DNA of 52,158 nt, from assembly GCA_947589125.1 (NCBI GenBank), contig CANPZZ010000001.1:1-52158 (forward strand), read 5' to 3'. Positions 17,969-28,454 of this stretch are shown here, piece by piece. Numbering within the stretch: the stretch's first letter is position 1; every line of letters begins with the position of its first letter. Under the pieces are notes generated by a model that worked only from the letters and a program-made list of their open reading frames with translations, did no database searches and was not told the DNA's origin. The position numbers were made by a program, and so were the translations under genes. The DNA is from an uncultured Lachnospiraceae bacterium (lineage in GTDB: Bacteria > Bacillota > Clostridia > Lachnospirales > Lachnospiraceae).

Positions 17969-19213
17969 TTGGCGGAACTATTTGAAATCAAAGACGTCGA
18001 GGACCGGGTGATCCTGCTGGCTGTCGATACCGGCGGAGGGGAAGCGGAGCAGTGCCTGGACGAGCTTGAGGAGCTTGTAAAGACGGCCGGCGGCACCACC
18101 CTCGGCCGGGTGATCCAGAACCGGGAACAGATCCATCCGGGAACGTATTTCGGCAAAGGCAAGATCGATGAAGTGAAGGAGCTTCTGTGGGAGACGGAGG
18201 CTGACGGCGTGGTCTGCGACGACGAATTGTCGCCGGCCCAGCTTAAGAACCTGGAGGAAGCCTTAGACTGCAAGGTGATGGACCGCACCATGGTGATCCT
18301 GGATATTTTCGCGTCAAGGGCCAATACCAGAGAAGGCAAGCTTCAGGTGGAACTGGCCCAGCTGCGGTACCGGGCGGCACGGCTCGTGGGACTTCGCAGC
18401 TCCCTCTCAAGGCTTGGCGGCGGTATCGGAACCCGCGGACCAGGTGAATCGAAACTGGAGATCGATCGGCGGCGGATCCATGAGAGGATATCGGTACTCA
18501 AGGAAGAGTTGAAGGATGTAGAGCGCCACCGCCAGGTTCAGCGGCAGCAGCGGGACCGGGGACATACGACAGGAGCCGCCATTGTCGGTTACACCAATGC
18601 CGGCAAATCCACGCTTCTCAATTATCTTACAAACGCCGGGATCCTGGCGGAGGATAAGCTGTTCGCGACGCTGGATCCGACGACCAGAAGCCTGCGCCTG
18701 CCGGACGGCCAGCAGATCCTTCTGACCGACACGGTCGGATTTATCCGCAAGCTGCCCCATCATCTGATCGAGGCGTTTAAGAGCACTCTGGAGGAAGCGA
18801 AATACAATGATATCATCCTGCACGTCGTAGACTGCACGAACCCCCAAATGGAAATGCAGATGCACATCGTTTACGAGACGCTGAAGCAGCTTGGCGTTAC
18901 GGACAAGGTGATCGTGACCGTATTCAACAAGACGGACAAGCTGGATCATGAAGTGATCCTCAAGGATCTTCAGGCAGACCGCCAGGTGAAGATCTCGGCG
19001 AAGACCGGAGACGGCATCCCCGATCTTCTTGAGACGCTGGAGCAGATCCTGCGTGAACGGAAGGTCTATCTGGAGAAAGTATTCGGCTACAGCGAAGCCG
19101 GCCGGATCCAGGAGATCCGTAAGTTCGGGGAACTTCTGGAAGAAGAGTATACGGAAGCCGGGATCCGGGTGCGGGCATACGTTCCTGCAGAGTTATTTGG
19201 CAGGTTAGTATGA
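17969..19213 (+). CDS. hflX: Ribosome-splitting GTPase HflX
   Basis: GGGIGTRGPGE, GYTNAGKST, LFATLD, DTVG and NKTD motifs; AGGAGG before the TTG start. Confidence 0.97.
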   Translation: MAELFEIKDVEDRVILLAVDTGGGEAEQCLDELEELVKTAGGTTLGRVIQNREQIHPGTYFGKGKIDEVKELLWETEADGVVCDDELSPAQLKNLEEALDCKVMDRTMVILDIFASRANTREGKLQVELAQLRYRAARLVGLRSSLSRLGGGIGTRGPGESKLEIDRRRIHERISVLKEELKDVERHRQVQRQQRDRGHTTGAAIVGYTNAGKSTLLNYLTNAGILAEDKLFATLDPTTRSLRLPDGQQILLTDTVGFIRKLPHHLIEAFKSTLEEAKYNDIILHVVDCTNPQMEMQMHIVYETLKQLGVTDKVIVTVFNKTDKLDHEVILKDLQADRQVKISAKTGDGIPDLLETLEQILRERKVYLEKVFGYSEAGRIQEIRKFGELLEEEYTEAGIRVRAYVPAELFGRLV

Positions 19214-19223
19214 CATATTTTTA

Positions 19224-19268
19224 ACACAATATCTAGCACTGGAATTTTTTTCAAACTAGATATTGTGT
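19224..19268. promoter_or_regulatory. Two NrdR boxes
   Basis: ACACAATATCTAGCAC (19224-19239) and AAACTAGATATTGTGT (19253-19268) fit acaCwAtATaTwGtgt and lie upstream of nrdD. Confidence 0.85.
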
Positions 19269-19390
19269 TTTTATTTATCCTCTGCTATAATGATAAGAGC
19301 GGCGCTTCTGCGGCAGTGGGGGCAGACAGAATCCAGATTAAGAAGCGGACAGATGAGAGGACCCGAAGGCGGGAAGAAAGGGGATTTATA

Positions 19391-21868
19391 ATGATCAGCG
19401 TAGTAAAGCGAGACGGCGAGGTTGCGGAGTTTAATCTGAGCAAGATCACAGAGGCCATCAAGAAGGCATTTAAGGCTACAGAGAAAGAATTCAATAACGA
19501 GATTCTGGAGCTTCTGGCTCTTCGCGTGACAGCGGATTTCCAGAGCAAGATGAAGGACGGGAAGATCACCGTGGAGCAGATCCAGGACAGCGTGGAGCAT
19601 GTGCTGGAACAGGCGGGCTACACGGATGTGGCCAAGGCATATATCCTTTATAGGAAGCAGCGCGAGAAGATCCGCAACATGAAGAACACGATTCTGGACT
19701 ACCGGGATGTGGTCAACAGCTACGTGAAGGTCGAGGACTGGCGTGTGAAGGAGAACTCCACCGTCACCTATTCCGTCGGCGGACTGATCTTAAGCAACTC
19801 CGGCGCCGTGACCGCCAACTACTGGCTGTCCGAGATCTACGACAAGGAGATCGCCGACGCCCACAGAAACGCTGACATCCATCTGCACGATCTGTCCATG
19901 CTGACCGGCTACTGCGCCGGATGGTCCTTAAAGCAGCTGATCGTGGAAGGTCTTGGCGGTATCCCTGGCAAGATCACGTCCTCTCCCGCAAAGCATCTGT
20001 CCGTGCTGTGCAACCAGATGGTCAATTTCCTCGGCATCATGCAGAACGAGTGGGCCGGCGCGCAGGCATTTTCTTCCTTCGATACCTATCTGGCGCCGTT
20101 CGTGAAGGCAGACAACCTGGATTACGACGGCGTGAAGAAGTGCATCGAGTCCTTCGTCTACGGCGTGAACACGCCCAGCCGCTGGGGTACCCAGGCGCCG
20201 TTCTCCAACATCACTCTGGACTGGACCGTGCCGGATGACATGGCGGAGATGCCGGCCATCGTGGGCGGCAAGGAGATGCCGTTCAAGTACAAGGACTGCA
20301 AGAAGGAGATGGATATGGTCAACCGCGCCTTCATCGAGACGATGATCGAGGGCGACGCCAACGGCCGCGGCTTCCAGTATCCGATCCCGACCTACTCTAT
20401 TACGAAGGACTTCGACTGGTCCGAGACCGAGAACAACAGGCTTCTCTTTGAGATGACAGCCAAATACGGTACGCCGTATTTCTCCAACTATATCAACAGC
20501 GATATGCAGCCCAGCGACGTGCGCAGCATGTGCTGCCGCCTGCGTCTGGATCTGCGCGAGCTGCGCCGCAAGACCGGCGGCTTCTTCGGAGCAGGAGAGA
20601 GCACCGGTTCCATCGGCGTCGTCACGATCAATATGCCCAGGATCGCTTACCTGGCCAAGGACGAGGCCGACTTCTACAAGAGGCTCGACCGGATGATGGA
20701 TATCTCCGCCAGGTCCCTTAAGACCAAGCGCGAGGTCATCACGAAGCTTCTGGACAACGGCTTGTATCCGTATACGAAGCGCTACCTGGGAACCTTCGAG
20801 AACCATTTCTCCACCATCGGACTGGTGGGCATGAACGAGGTGGGCCTGAATGCCAAATGGCTCCGCAAAGACCTGACCCATCCGGAGACCCAGAAGTTTA
20901 CGAAGGACGTGCTGAACCATATGCGGGAGCGCCTGTCCGATTATCAGGAACTGTACGGCGATCTGTACAACCTGGAGGCCACGCCGGCGGAATCTACCTC
21001 CTACCGTCTGGCCAAGCATGACAAGAGCCGCTATCCGGATATCATTACTGCCGGGAATGACGGCGATACGCCTTACTACACCAACAGTTCCCATCTGCCG
21101 GTGGATTACACGGCGGATATCTTCGACGCGCTGGATATCCAGGACGAGCTGCAGACCCTCTACACCTCCGGAACCGTGTTCCACGCGTTCCTGGGCGAGA
21201 AGCTGCCTTCCTGGAAGTCGGCGGCCAAGCTGGTGCGCACGATCGCCGAGAACTACAAGCTGCCGTATTACACGATGTCGCCGACCTATTCGATCTGCAG
21301 GGATCACGGCTATCTGATCGGCGAGCATTTCACCTGCCCGATCTGCGGCAATGAAGCCGAGGTCTACAGCCGTATCACCGGTTACTACCGTCCGGTGAAG
21401 AACTGGAACGCGGGCAAGACCCAGGAGTACAAGAACCGTACGACCTACGATGTGGCGCATTCCGTGCTGAAGAGAGGCGGAGACGCCGCGGTCCATGTAG
21501 CGGATACGGTGGCGGAGAAGACGGCCCAGGCGATCCTTCGGAGCGCGGCTGAGGCTAATGCCAATGTTTCCGCGGCAGCCGGCGAGACCAGCACAGGTGC
21601 TGCTTGCGGCACACCGGCTGGGGAGGGCGTGCAGACGCCCGCATCCGGAACCTATCTTTTCACGACCAAGACCTGCCCCAACTGCAGGATCGCCAAGGAA
21701 TTCTTAAAGGGCGTGGATTATCAGGTGATCGACGCGGAAGAGAATCCGGAGCTTTCGGATGAGTTCGGCATCATGCAGGCGCCGACGCTGGTGCTTGTGA
21801 AGGACGGAAAGATCGAGAAGTTCGTGAACGCCAGCAATATCAAGCGGTTCGCGGACAGCAGAAAATAA
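19391..21868 (+). CDS. nrdD: Anaerobic class III ribonucleotide reductase with ATP-cone and C-terminal glutaredoxin-like domain
   Basis: VVKRDG ATP-cone, MCCRL, TPAES, Zn-binding CRDH..CPIC, glycyl-radical loop RITGYY, and C-terminal TCPNC..APTL. Confidence 0.94.
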   Translation: MISVVKRDGEVAEFNLSKITEAIKKAFKATEKEFNNEILELLALRVTADFQSKMKDGKITVEQIQDSVEHVLEQAGYTDVAKAYILYRKQREKIRNMKNTILDYRDVVNSYVKVEDWRVKENSTVTYSVGGLILSNSGAVTANYWLSEIYDKEIADAHRNADIHLHDLSMLTGYCAGWSLKQLIVEGLGGIPGKITSSPAKHLSVLCNQMVNFLGIMQNEWAGAQAFSSFDTYLAPFVKADNLDYDGVKKCIESFVYGVNTPSRWGTQAPFSNITLDWTVPDDMAEMPAIVGGKEMPFKYKDCKKEMDMVNRAFIETMIEGDANGRGFQYPIPTYSITKDFDWSETENNRLLFEMTAKYGTPYFSNYINSDMQPSDVRSMCCRLRLDLRELRRKTGGFFGAGESTGSIGVVTINMPRIAYLAKDEADFYKRLDRMMDISARSLKTKREVITKLLDNGLYPYTKRYLGTFENHFSTIGLVGMNEVGLNAKWLRKDLTHPETQKFTKDVLNHMRERLSDYQELYGDLYNLEATPAESTSYRLAKHDKSRYPDIITAGNDGDTPYYTNSSHLPVDYTADIFDALDIQDELQTLYTSGTVFHAFLGEKLPSWKSAAKLVRTIAENYKLPYYTMSPTYSICRDHGYLIGEHFTCPICGNEAEVYSRITGYYRPVKNWNAGKTQEYKNRTTYDVAHSVLKRGGDAAVHVADTVAEKTAQAILRSAAEANANVSAAAGETSTGAACGTPAGEGVQTPASGTYLFTTKTCPNCRIAKEFLKGVDYQVIDAEENPELSDEFGIMQAPTLVLVKDGKIEKFVNASNIKRFADSRK

Positions 21869-21894
21869 GCGGAAAGCTTATAAACAGCAGATTC

Positions 21895-21932
21895 AGCGGG
21901 GATCTTCGGAGCGGAAGGTCCCCGCTTTATTA
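21895..21932 (+). terminator. Terminator after nrdD
   Basis: agcggggatctt / aaggtccccgct stem followed by ttattat. Confidence 0.65.
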
Positions 21933-22053
21933 TGTCACTATGCAAAGGGGCGATGGTGACGCCTTGTTCGTATTGATTCATTTTCAAATTATCATTTCCA
22001 AATTATGAAAAAAAGTGCTTGCAATTTTTCTGTCATATGATACAATATGTGAC

Positions 22054-22126
22054 GGAGGCATAGCTCAGCTGGGAGAGCACATGCATCACACGCATGGGGT
22101 CGCAGGTTCGAGCCCTGTTGTCTCCA
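22054..22126 (+). tRNA. tRNA-Val (anticodon CAC); CCA end not encoded
   Basis: Acceptor stem GGAGGCA/TGTCTCC, D-arm GCTC/GAGC, anticodon arm CATGC-ATCACAC-GCATG, T-loop GTTCGAG. Confidence 0.95.
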
Positions 22127-22145
22127 GAGAACGCGGAAGCGTGAG

Positions 22146-22188
22146 AATAGCGGGAATGACCGAGATCGTCATTCCCGTTATTTATTTC
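22146..22188 (+). terminator. Terminator after the tRNA
   Basis: aatagcgggaatgac / gtcattcccgttatt stem followed by a T-rich tail. Confidence 0.75.
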
Positions 22189-22440
22189 CAATACAGTTCA
22201 GTAAATACCTCAGAGGTGTCTTGTGTTTACGCGACGTGCCGGAATTCCTGCATAACCGGCAAACTTCTTTGTTATGGTACGTCGCCTCGGATGCATGTGA
22301 CCGAAATAGAAATACTTCCGTAAGAGTTTTTTTAGAAAAATACAGTAGGCAATCGCGGAAATGAGTGGTATACTCATTAAGAGTAACGGAATACAGGGGA
22401 GACCGGCATGCCGGCACCATGATCATATCAGGAGGGGAAT

Positions 22441-23538
22441 ATGGCTGAATCAAAGAAAATCATACTGACCGGGGACCGGCCGACCGGGAAGCTTCATGTA
22501 GGACATTATGTCGGATCGCTGCGCCAGCGGGTGGAACTGCAGAATTCCGGCGCGTTCGACGAGATCTATATTATGATCGCCGACGCGCAGGCGCTGACGG
22601 ACAATGCGGACAATCCGGAGAAGGTGCGCCAGAATATCATAGAGGTAGCGCTTGACTATCTGTCCTGCGGTCTGGATCCGGCGAAGTCGACGCTGTTCAT
22701 TCAGTCGCAGGTACCGGAACTGACGGAGATGTCATTTTATTATATGAATCTTGTGACTGTGTCCCGCCTTCAGCGGAACCCGACGGTGAAGAACGAGATC
22801 AAGCTTCGCAATTTTGAGACAAGCATTCCGGTAGGATTTTTCACTTATCCGATCAGCCAGGCGGCGGATATTACGGCGTTTAAGGCGACGACGGTGCCGG
22901 TGGGAGACGATCAGCTGCCGATGATCGAGCAGACAAGAGAGATCGTCCGCAGCTTCAATCATATCTATGACGAAGTGCTGGTGGAGCCGGAGGCGCTGAT
23001 CCCGCAGAATGAATCCTGCAGGCGTCTGCCGGGGATCGACGGCAACGCGAAGATGAGCAAGTCTCTCGGAAACTGCATCTATCTGTCGGATTCGCCGGAG
23101 GATGTCAGGAAGAAGATCATGAGCATGTTTACCGATCCGAATCATATCCGGGTCCAGGATCCGGGATGTGTGGAGGGCAATCCGGTGTTCACTTATCTGG
23201 ACGCCTTCTGCCGGGACGAGCATTTCGCGAAGTTCTGGCCGGAGTACCAGAATCTGGATGAACTGAAAGCCCATTATATGAGGGGCGGCCTGGGCGACGT
23301 GAAGGTGAAGAAGTTCCTGAATGAAGTTATGCAGGCAGAACTGGAGCCGATCCGCGAGAGAAGGAGAGCTTACGAGAAGAACATCCCGGAGGTTTACCGG
23401 ATCCTGCGGGAAGGCAGTATAAAGGCGGAGAAGAAGGCCGCGGTGACGCTGGCGGAGATGAAGGCCGCCATGAAGATCAACTATTTCGACGATCAGGAAC
23501 TGATCGCGGCGCAGGCACAGAGATTCAGCGCGGAGTGA
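22441..23538 (+). CDS. trpS: Tryptophanyl-tRNA synthetase
   Basis: [13 protein letters not shown] (HIGH motif), VPVGDDQ and KMSKS. Confidence 0.97.
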   Translation: MAESKKIILTGDRPTGKLHVGHYVGSLRQRVELQNSGAFDEIYIMIADAQALTDNADNPEKVRQNIIEVALDYLSCGLDPAKSTLFIQSQVPELTEMSFYYMNLVTVSRLQRNPTVKNEIKLRNFETSIPVGFFTYPISQAADITAFKATTVPVGDDQLPMIEQTREIVRSFNHIYDEVLVEPEALIPQNESCRRLPGIDGNAKMSKSLGNCIYLSDSPEDVRKKIMSMFTDPNHIRVQDPGCVEGNPVFTYLDAFCRDEHFAKFWPEYQNLDELKAHYMRGGLGDVKVKKFLNEVMQAELEPIRERRRAYEKNIPEVYRILREGSIKAEKKAAVTLAEMKAAMKINYFDDQELIAAQAQRFSAE

Positions 23539-23629
23539 TCAGGTGATTGCGGAAGTCCGTCTTGATGCTGAAAAGGAGAGCGGACGGATGCCAGGACAGA
23601 AGGAAGATAGAAGGGAAAGAACGACAGAG

Positions 23630-25348
23630 ATGAAAGAACGCGGGACGTTTCACGCATATAGGATGCGTTACGGAAGGCTGACGGCGATCCTGTTGGCGGT
23701 GTGTCTGGTTTTGCTGCCGCAGTCCGCGGTTTACGCGACGCAGAATGCGGGCGGTACGGCTTCGGTTTCGGAGCCGGAGATCCAGGCTCAGGGAGCGGTA
23801 GTCATCGACGCTGCCACCGGACAGATCCTTTATGGGAAGAATGCCAATACAAAGTATTATCCGGCCAGTATCACCAAGCTGATGACGGCGCTTCTGGTGA
23901 TCGAGAACTGCGATCTGAACGGCACGGTAACATTCTCAAAAACAGCTACCACGAACCTGGAGGCGGGAGCCGTCTCTCTTGGCATGGTGGAAGGCGATCA
24001 GCTGACTGTGCGGCAGTGTCTTTATGCGCTTCTTCTGAAATCGGCCAATGAGGTGGGGAATGCTCTGGCGGAGCATGTATCGGGAAGTATATCCGCGTTT
24101 GCGGATCTGATGAATAAGAAGGCGGCGGCGCTGGGATGTACGAATACTCATTTTGTGAATCCCCACGGACTGAATGATCCGAACCATTATACGACGCCGT
24201 ACGATATGGCGCTGATCGGCCGTGCGGCGTTTGCCAATTCGACCCTGCGGGAGATTGACACGACCCTGTCCTATAAGCTTCCGGCCACGAAGAAGAATGA
24301 GGCCATGACGATCACCATGGGCCATAAGATGCTGTATCCGGATGATTCCAGGTATTACGAGGGCATTATCGGCGGCAAGACCGGATTTACATCCCTGGCC
24401 GGGAATACTCTGGTCACAGGCGCGGAACGGAACGGTGTACGCCTTATAGCCGTCGTCATGAAGGCGAATGGAACTCATTATACGGATACGAAGGCGCTTC
24501 TGGATTACGGCTTTGCGAAGATGACGGCCGGTGCGTCCGGACCTCTGGGAAGTGCTCCTGTGCAGACAGGGCCTCAGACCCAGCAGACGCAGGCACCGGC
24601 AAGTCCGGAGACCCAGATGCAGGTAACTTCAGAGACGCAGGCTTCAGGAAGCCCAGAGGCTCAGACGCCGGCAAGCCCGGAGACGCAGGCTCCTTCAACT
24701 CCTGAGTCTCAGGCTCCGGGAAGTCTGGAGTTTCAGGCTCCGGCATCACCAGTGACCCAGGAAGCCCCTGCATCTCCAGAGACGCAGGTGCCGTCAACTC
24801 CAGAAACCCAGGCACCGGCCTCACCAGCGGCCCAGGAAGCCCCTGCATCTCCAGAGACGCAGGCTCCGTCAACTCCAGAAACTCAGGCACCGGCCTCACC
24901 GGCGACCCAGGAAGCCCCTGCATCTCCTGAGACGCAGGCCCCGTCGATTCCGGAGACTCAGGCGCCGACATCTCCTGCGGCCCAGGAGGCTCCTGCTATT
25001 CAGCAGACGGAGACAGCGGCGGCTGCAGCGAAGACTGCGGGCTGGGGCCAGGATGCCGCGGGTTGGTACTACATCAAGTCTGACGGCCGGCGTGCCGCCG
25101 GAGAGTGGCTGAACCTTGACGGAACGGAATACTGGATCGATGCGAACGGCTATATGGCGACAGGCTGGAGGCTTTTCGTTAACGGAGACTGGTATTATTT
25201 CAGAAGCAGCGGCGTTATGGCGAAGAATTACTGGGTTCAGGATAACGGCAAATGGTTCTATCTGGGCGGAAACGGTACGATGCTTAAGGGTACTGTAACG
25301 CCGGATGGTTATACGCTTGGCGCGGACGGCGCATGGATGGGAAACTGA
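23630..25348 (+). CDS. D-Ala-D-Ala carboxypeptidase (peptidase S11) with repeat linker and cell-wall-binding repeats
   Basis: Signal peptide, SITK, SAN, HGL and KTG motifs, then C-terminal WYY..G.M repeats. Start codon uncertain (23630 or 23663). Confidence 0.9.
   Translation: MKERGTFHAYRMRYGRLTAILLAVCLVLLPQSAVYATQNAGGTASVSEPEIQAQGAVVIDAATGQILYGKNANTKYYPASITKLMTALLVIENCDLNGTVTFSKTATTNLEAGAVSLGMVEGDQLTVRQCLYALLLKSANEVGNALAEHVSGSISAFADLMNKKAAALGCTNTHFVNPHGLNDPNHYTTPYDMALIGRAAFANSTLREIDTTLSYKLPATKKNEAMTITMGHKMLYPDDSRYYEGIIGGKTGFTSLAGNTLVTGAERNGVRLIAVVMKANGTHYTDTKALLDYGFAKMTAGASGPLGSAPVQTGPQTQQTQAPASPETQMQVTSETQASGSPEAQTPASPETQAPSTPESQAPGSLEFQAPASPVTQEAPASPETQVPSTPETQAPASPAAQEAPASPETQAPSTPETQAPASPATQEAPASPETQAPSIPETQAPTSPAAQEAPAIQQTETAAAAAKTAGWGQDAAGWYYIKSDGRRAAGEWLNLDGTEYWIDANGYMATGWRLFVNGDWYYFRSSGVMAKNYWVQDNGKWFYLGGNGTMLKGTVTPDGYTLGADGAWMGN
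24587..24997 (+). repeat. Coding 24-bp repeat (QAPASPET-like), about 17 copies, with a 72-bp higher-order unit
   Basis: Visible in both DNA and protein. Confidence 0.9.
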
Positions 25349-25411
25349 AAAACAGGAAACGGTAGAATAGAAAACAGCAGAACAGAAAACAGAAAGAATA
25401 TATGATAGCAG

Positions 25412-25451
25412 ACAACCGGCATTCCCTTATCTTTGCGGGAAAGCCGGTTGT
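25412..25451. terminator. Hairpin between convergent genes (possible bidirectional terminator)
   Basis: acaaccggc..ttccc / gggaa.gccggttgt. Confidence 0.55.
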
Positions 25452-25702
25452 TATTTTGGCATTATATAATCCGGATAATTATTGCGAAATACATATTCAC
25501 TGTCGTCCATGCGGAATTCCATGATATCCGATACGCCGCAGTCCAGGATCGTGCAGAGCATTCCTATGGTATGCGTAGAAACATATTCGTTCTTCCGAAG
25601 CCGGTCGATCTGACCGGGGCTGATGCCATAATAGTGGATCAGCCGGTACTGTGTAATTTTGCGTTCCTTCATCGTACGCCACAGGGGCTCGTAAATGATC
25701 AT
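25451..25702 (-). CDS. Small Cro/C1-type (XRE) HTH protein
   Basis: IIYEPLWRTMKERKITQYRL..LCTILDCGVSDIMEF; GAGGTGG RBS. Confidence 0.85.
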   Translation of the reverse strand: MIIYEPLWRTMKERKITQYRLIHYYGISPGQIDRLRKNEYVSTHTIGMLCTILDCGVSDIMEFRMDDSEYVFRNNYPDYIMPK

Positions 25703-25891
25703 CTTTCCACCTCACAATTTAATATAACGGCAGAAATATTCATTTGACCATTGACCATAATTGGATAATATTGTAAGATGACTGTAAAAAGACGGCAAAA
25801 CAGCCAAATGTCATACAAAAGATTCTCTGCTTGACGGAAAGGCACCTGACCGTGTATGATGTAATAAAAGAGGCTTTGGGGGTGGAATACT

Positions 25892-26662
25892 GTGAAAGAG
25901 AAACTATATACGATCGAACTTCATGACGCGCTTGTGAGCGGGGACGAGTGTCCGTTCTGCTATCTGGAGAGGGATCTGGAGCAGAAAGCGATCGAATTTG
26001 TGCTGGGTTCTTCCTATATGGAAAGCGATACCAGGGACCAGACAGACCGCCAGGGGTTCTGCCGCCATCATACGAAGATGATGTATGATTACGGCAACAG
26101 CCTTGGCAACGCGTGGATTTTAAAGACCCGGATGAAACATGTACGTGAGGGCCTGAAGAAAGAGATGGCGTCTTTTAAGGCCGAACCTGCCTCGTCTTCG
26201 ATGTTCGGGCTGATCCGGAAGAAAGAGGGAGCGGCTCAGAGCGGAACTTCGGTCGGGAACTGGATCCGGGGCGAGGAGAGCCACTGCTATGTGTGTGGCC
26301 GTGTCGATGAGACTTACCGGCGCGTGATCGATACATTTCTCTATCAGGTGAAGAATGAGAAGGATTTCCTGAATCTGCTGAAAGAGTCGAAGGGCTTCTG
26401 CGTCCACCATTTTGCGGATCTGGTAGACGCCTGCAGCCAGGGGCTGGGCAAGAAGGAGCAGGAGACGGTGTTCCCGGTGCTGTTTGAACAGATGAACCGG
26501 GAGTTGGATCGGATCCAGGAGGATATCGACTGGCTCATCGAGAAGTACGATTATCTGAATAAGGACAAGGACTGGAAGAATTCCAGAGATGCGGTGCAGC
26601 GCACCATGCAGAAGCTGGTAGGCGGACATCCGGCGGATCCGGTGTTCAAGAACCAGAAGTGA
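25892..26662 (+). CDS. Conserved Cys/His-motif protein (DUF6062-like)
   Basis: Duplicated CPFC..GFCxxH and CYVC..GFCxxH motifs; family assignment from recall. Confidence 0.65.
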   Translation: MKEKLYTIELHDALVSGDECPFCYLERDLEQKAIEFVLGSSYMESDTRDQTDRQGFCRHHTKMMYDYGNSLGNAWILKTRMKHVREGLKKEMASFKAEPASSSMFGLIRKKEGAAQSGTSVGNWIRGEESHCYVCGRVDETYRRVIDTFLYQVKNEKDFLNLLKESKGFCVHHFADLVDACSQGLGKKEQETVFPVLFEQMNRELDRIQEDIDWLIEKYDYLNKDKDWKNSRDAVQRTMQKLVGGHPADPVFKNQK

Positions 26663-26714
26663 TTTCCGGCGGGACGATGCCGTGAAGCGGGAATGAAACA
26701 GCAGGAGACTGACG

Positions 26715-27572
26715 ATGGTATGGATGTTGATCACTGCGGCGGCGGCCGCAGTGTGGCTTTGCCTGCGGTCCGTTTATGAGCGGAAGGTTTTTACGACAGA
26801 TGTATATGAACTGCAGTCGGAGAAGGTTACAAAGGAGTATACGTTCGTATTTCTGACGGATCTGCATGATAACTGCTTTGGAAAGGGACAGAGGCGGCTT
26901 CTGGCCGCCATCGGCAGGGCGAAGCCGGACGCGGTCCTGATCGGCGGGGACATGATGATCGTAGGGGAGCGGGTGGAGATCGAACCGGCCATGGATTTTG
27001 TAAAAAAGCTTGCTTCTCGTTTCCGGGTGTATTATGGAAACGGCAACCACGAGAACCGTCTGGACCGGAACAGAGGGCGTTATGGCGATGTGTACGACCG
27101 GTATCGGAGCGGGCTTGCGGAGAGCGGCGTTGTATGGCTGGCGGATGAGACCATACCGTTTAACGATGAAGTTTGTATCAGCGGGCTGGATCTGGACAGG
27201 AAATACTACAGGCACAGATGTTCGGACGAACTGGCGCCTGGTTATATAGAGAGACATCTTGGCGCGGCGGACCGGAGTCGGTATCAGATCCTTCTGGCCC
27301 ATTCGCCTAAATTTTTTGATGCTTATGAGAGATGGGGAGCCGACCTGACGCTGGCAGGACATTACCATGGGGGGACCATCTGGCTTCCGTTCCTTGGCGG
27401 TGTGATGACGCCGCAGTTTGAGTTTTTCCGGAAAGAATGCCAGGGACTGCACTGCAAGAATAAAGGTGTGATGATCGTGGGAAGAGGTCTGGGCACCCAT
27501 TCGGTCAATCTGCGCCTGAACGACATGTCGCAGCTTGTGGTGGTAAAGGTAAGACCGTCCGGCTGTACCTGA
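26715..27572 (+). CDS. Calcineurin-like metallophosphoesterase (YkuE-like)
   Basis: DLH, GGD, GNHE, LAHSP and GHYHGG motifs; N-terminal TM segment. Confidence 0.9.
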   Translation: MVWMLITAAAAAVWLCLRSVYERKVFTTDVYELQSEKVTKEYTFVFLTDLHDNCFGKGQRRLLAAIGRAKPDAVLIGGDMMIVGERVEIEPAMDFVKKLASRFRVYYGNGNHENRLDRNRGRYGDVYDRYRSGLAESGVVWLADETIPFNDEVCISGLDLDRKYYRHRCSDELAPGYIERHLGAADRSRYQILLAHSPKFFDAYERWGADLTLAGHYHGGTIWLPFLGGVMTPQFEFFRKECQGLHCKNKGVMIVGRGLGTHSVNLRLNDMSQLVVVKVRPSGCT

Positions 27573-27646
27573 GATGGCGCGTTTACAGATCATGACATTT
27601 CTGGTATACTTGAACCGGAAATCCTACAGAAGGGTATAGACAACAG

Positions 27647-28444
27647 ATGAGCATATCCTATAAGCTGGAGAATTTTGAAGGGCCTTTAGATCTTCTTCTC
27701 CATCTGATCGAGAAAAATAAAGTCAGTATTTACGATATTCCCATCGTGATGATCACGGAACAGTATCTGGATTATGTGAGCCATATGGAGGCGGAGAATC
27801 TGGACGTGGTCAGTGAGTTCCTGGTTATGGCGGCTACATTGATCGATATCAAGTCCAGGATGCTTCTGCCTGTCCAGGAGGATGAGGACGGCGGGGAAGA
27901 AGATCCCAGGGCGGAACTGGTGGCGCGGCTTCTGGAGTATAAGATGTACAAGCAGATGGCCGTTCAGCTTCAGGAAATGGAGCAGGACGCGGAGAAGCAT
28001 TTCTATAAGGCGCCGACCGTACCGAAAGAGGTGGCCGGATATGAACCGCCGGTGGATCTGGATGCGCTTCTTGACGGACTGACTCTTGCGAAGCTTCAGA
28101 ACATTTTCGCATCGGTCATGAAGCGGCAGGACGACCGGGTGGATCCGATCCGCAGCCGTTTCGGGGAGATAAAGAAGGAGAGCGTAAGCCTGGAGAAGAA
28201 GATCGGTTCGGTTCTGGATTACGCCAGACAGAAACGGCGATTCAGTTTCCGGCAGATGCTGACGAATCAGGCGGATAAGGTGGAAGTGGTAGTTACCTTC
28301 CTGGCGATCCTAGAACTGATGAGGATGGGCCGTATCCGGCTGACGCAGGCGGCGCTGTTTGACGATATGGATATTGAAGCGGTGGATACGGAAGGCGGTC
28401 TGGAGGGACTTGATCTGGACGGTCTGGAAGATTTTGAGAAATAA
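27647..28444 (+). CDS. scpA: Segregation and condensation protein A
   Basis: FEGPLDLLLHLI, EFLVMAATL..IKSRMLLP and VVTFLAILEL. Confidence 0.96.
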   Translation: MSISYKLENFEGPLDLLLHLIEKNKVSIYDIPIVMITEQYLDYVSHMEAENLDVVSEFLVMAATLIDIKSRMLLPVQEDEDGGEEDPRAELVARLLEYKMYKQMAVQLQEMEQDAEKHFYKAPTVPKEVAGYEPPVDLDALLDGLTLAKLQNIFASVMKRQDDRVDPIRSRFGEIKKESVSLEKKIGSVLDYARQKRRFSFRQMLTNQADKVEVVVTFLAILELMRMGRIRLTQAALFDDMDIEAVDTEGGLEGLDLDGLEDFEK

Positions 28445-28454
28445 GAGGAACGGA

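Noticed and set aside
19928-21496. Long antisense ORFs (522 aa here; also 48543-50123, 1220-2404 and 40772-41821)
   Set aside because: Shadow frames of real genes caused by high GC at third codon positions.
22190-22440. T-box leader for trpS, or an island at the tRNA 3' end
   Set aside because: No T-box consensus or leader terminator before the start, no integrase, and no duplicated tRNA end.
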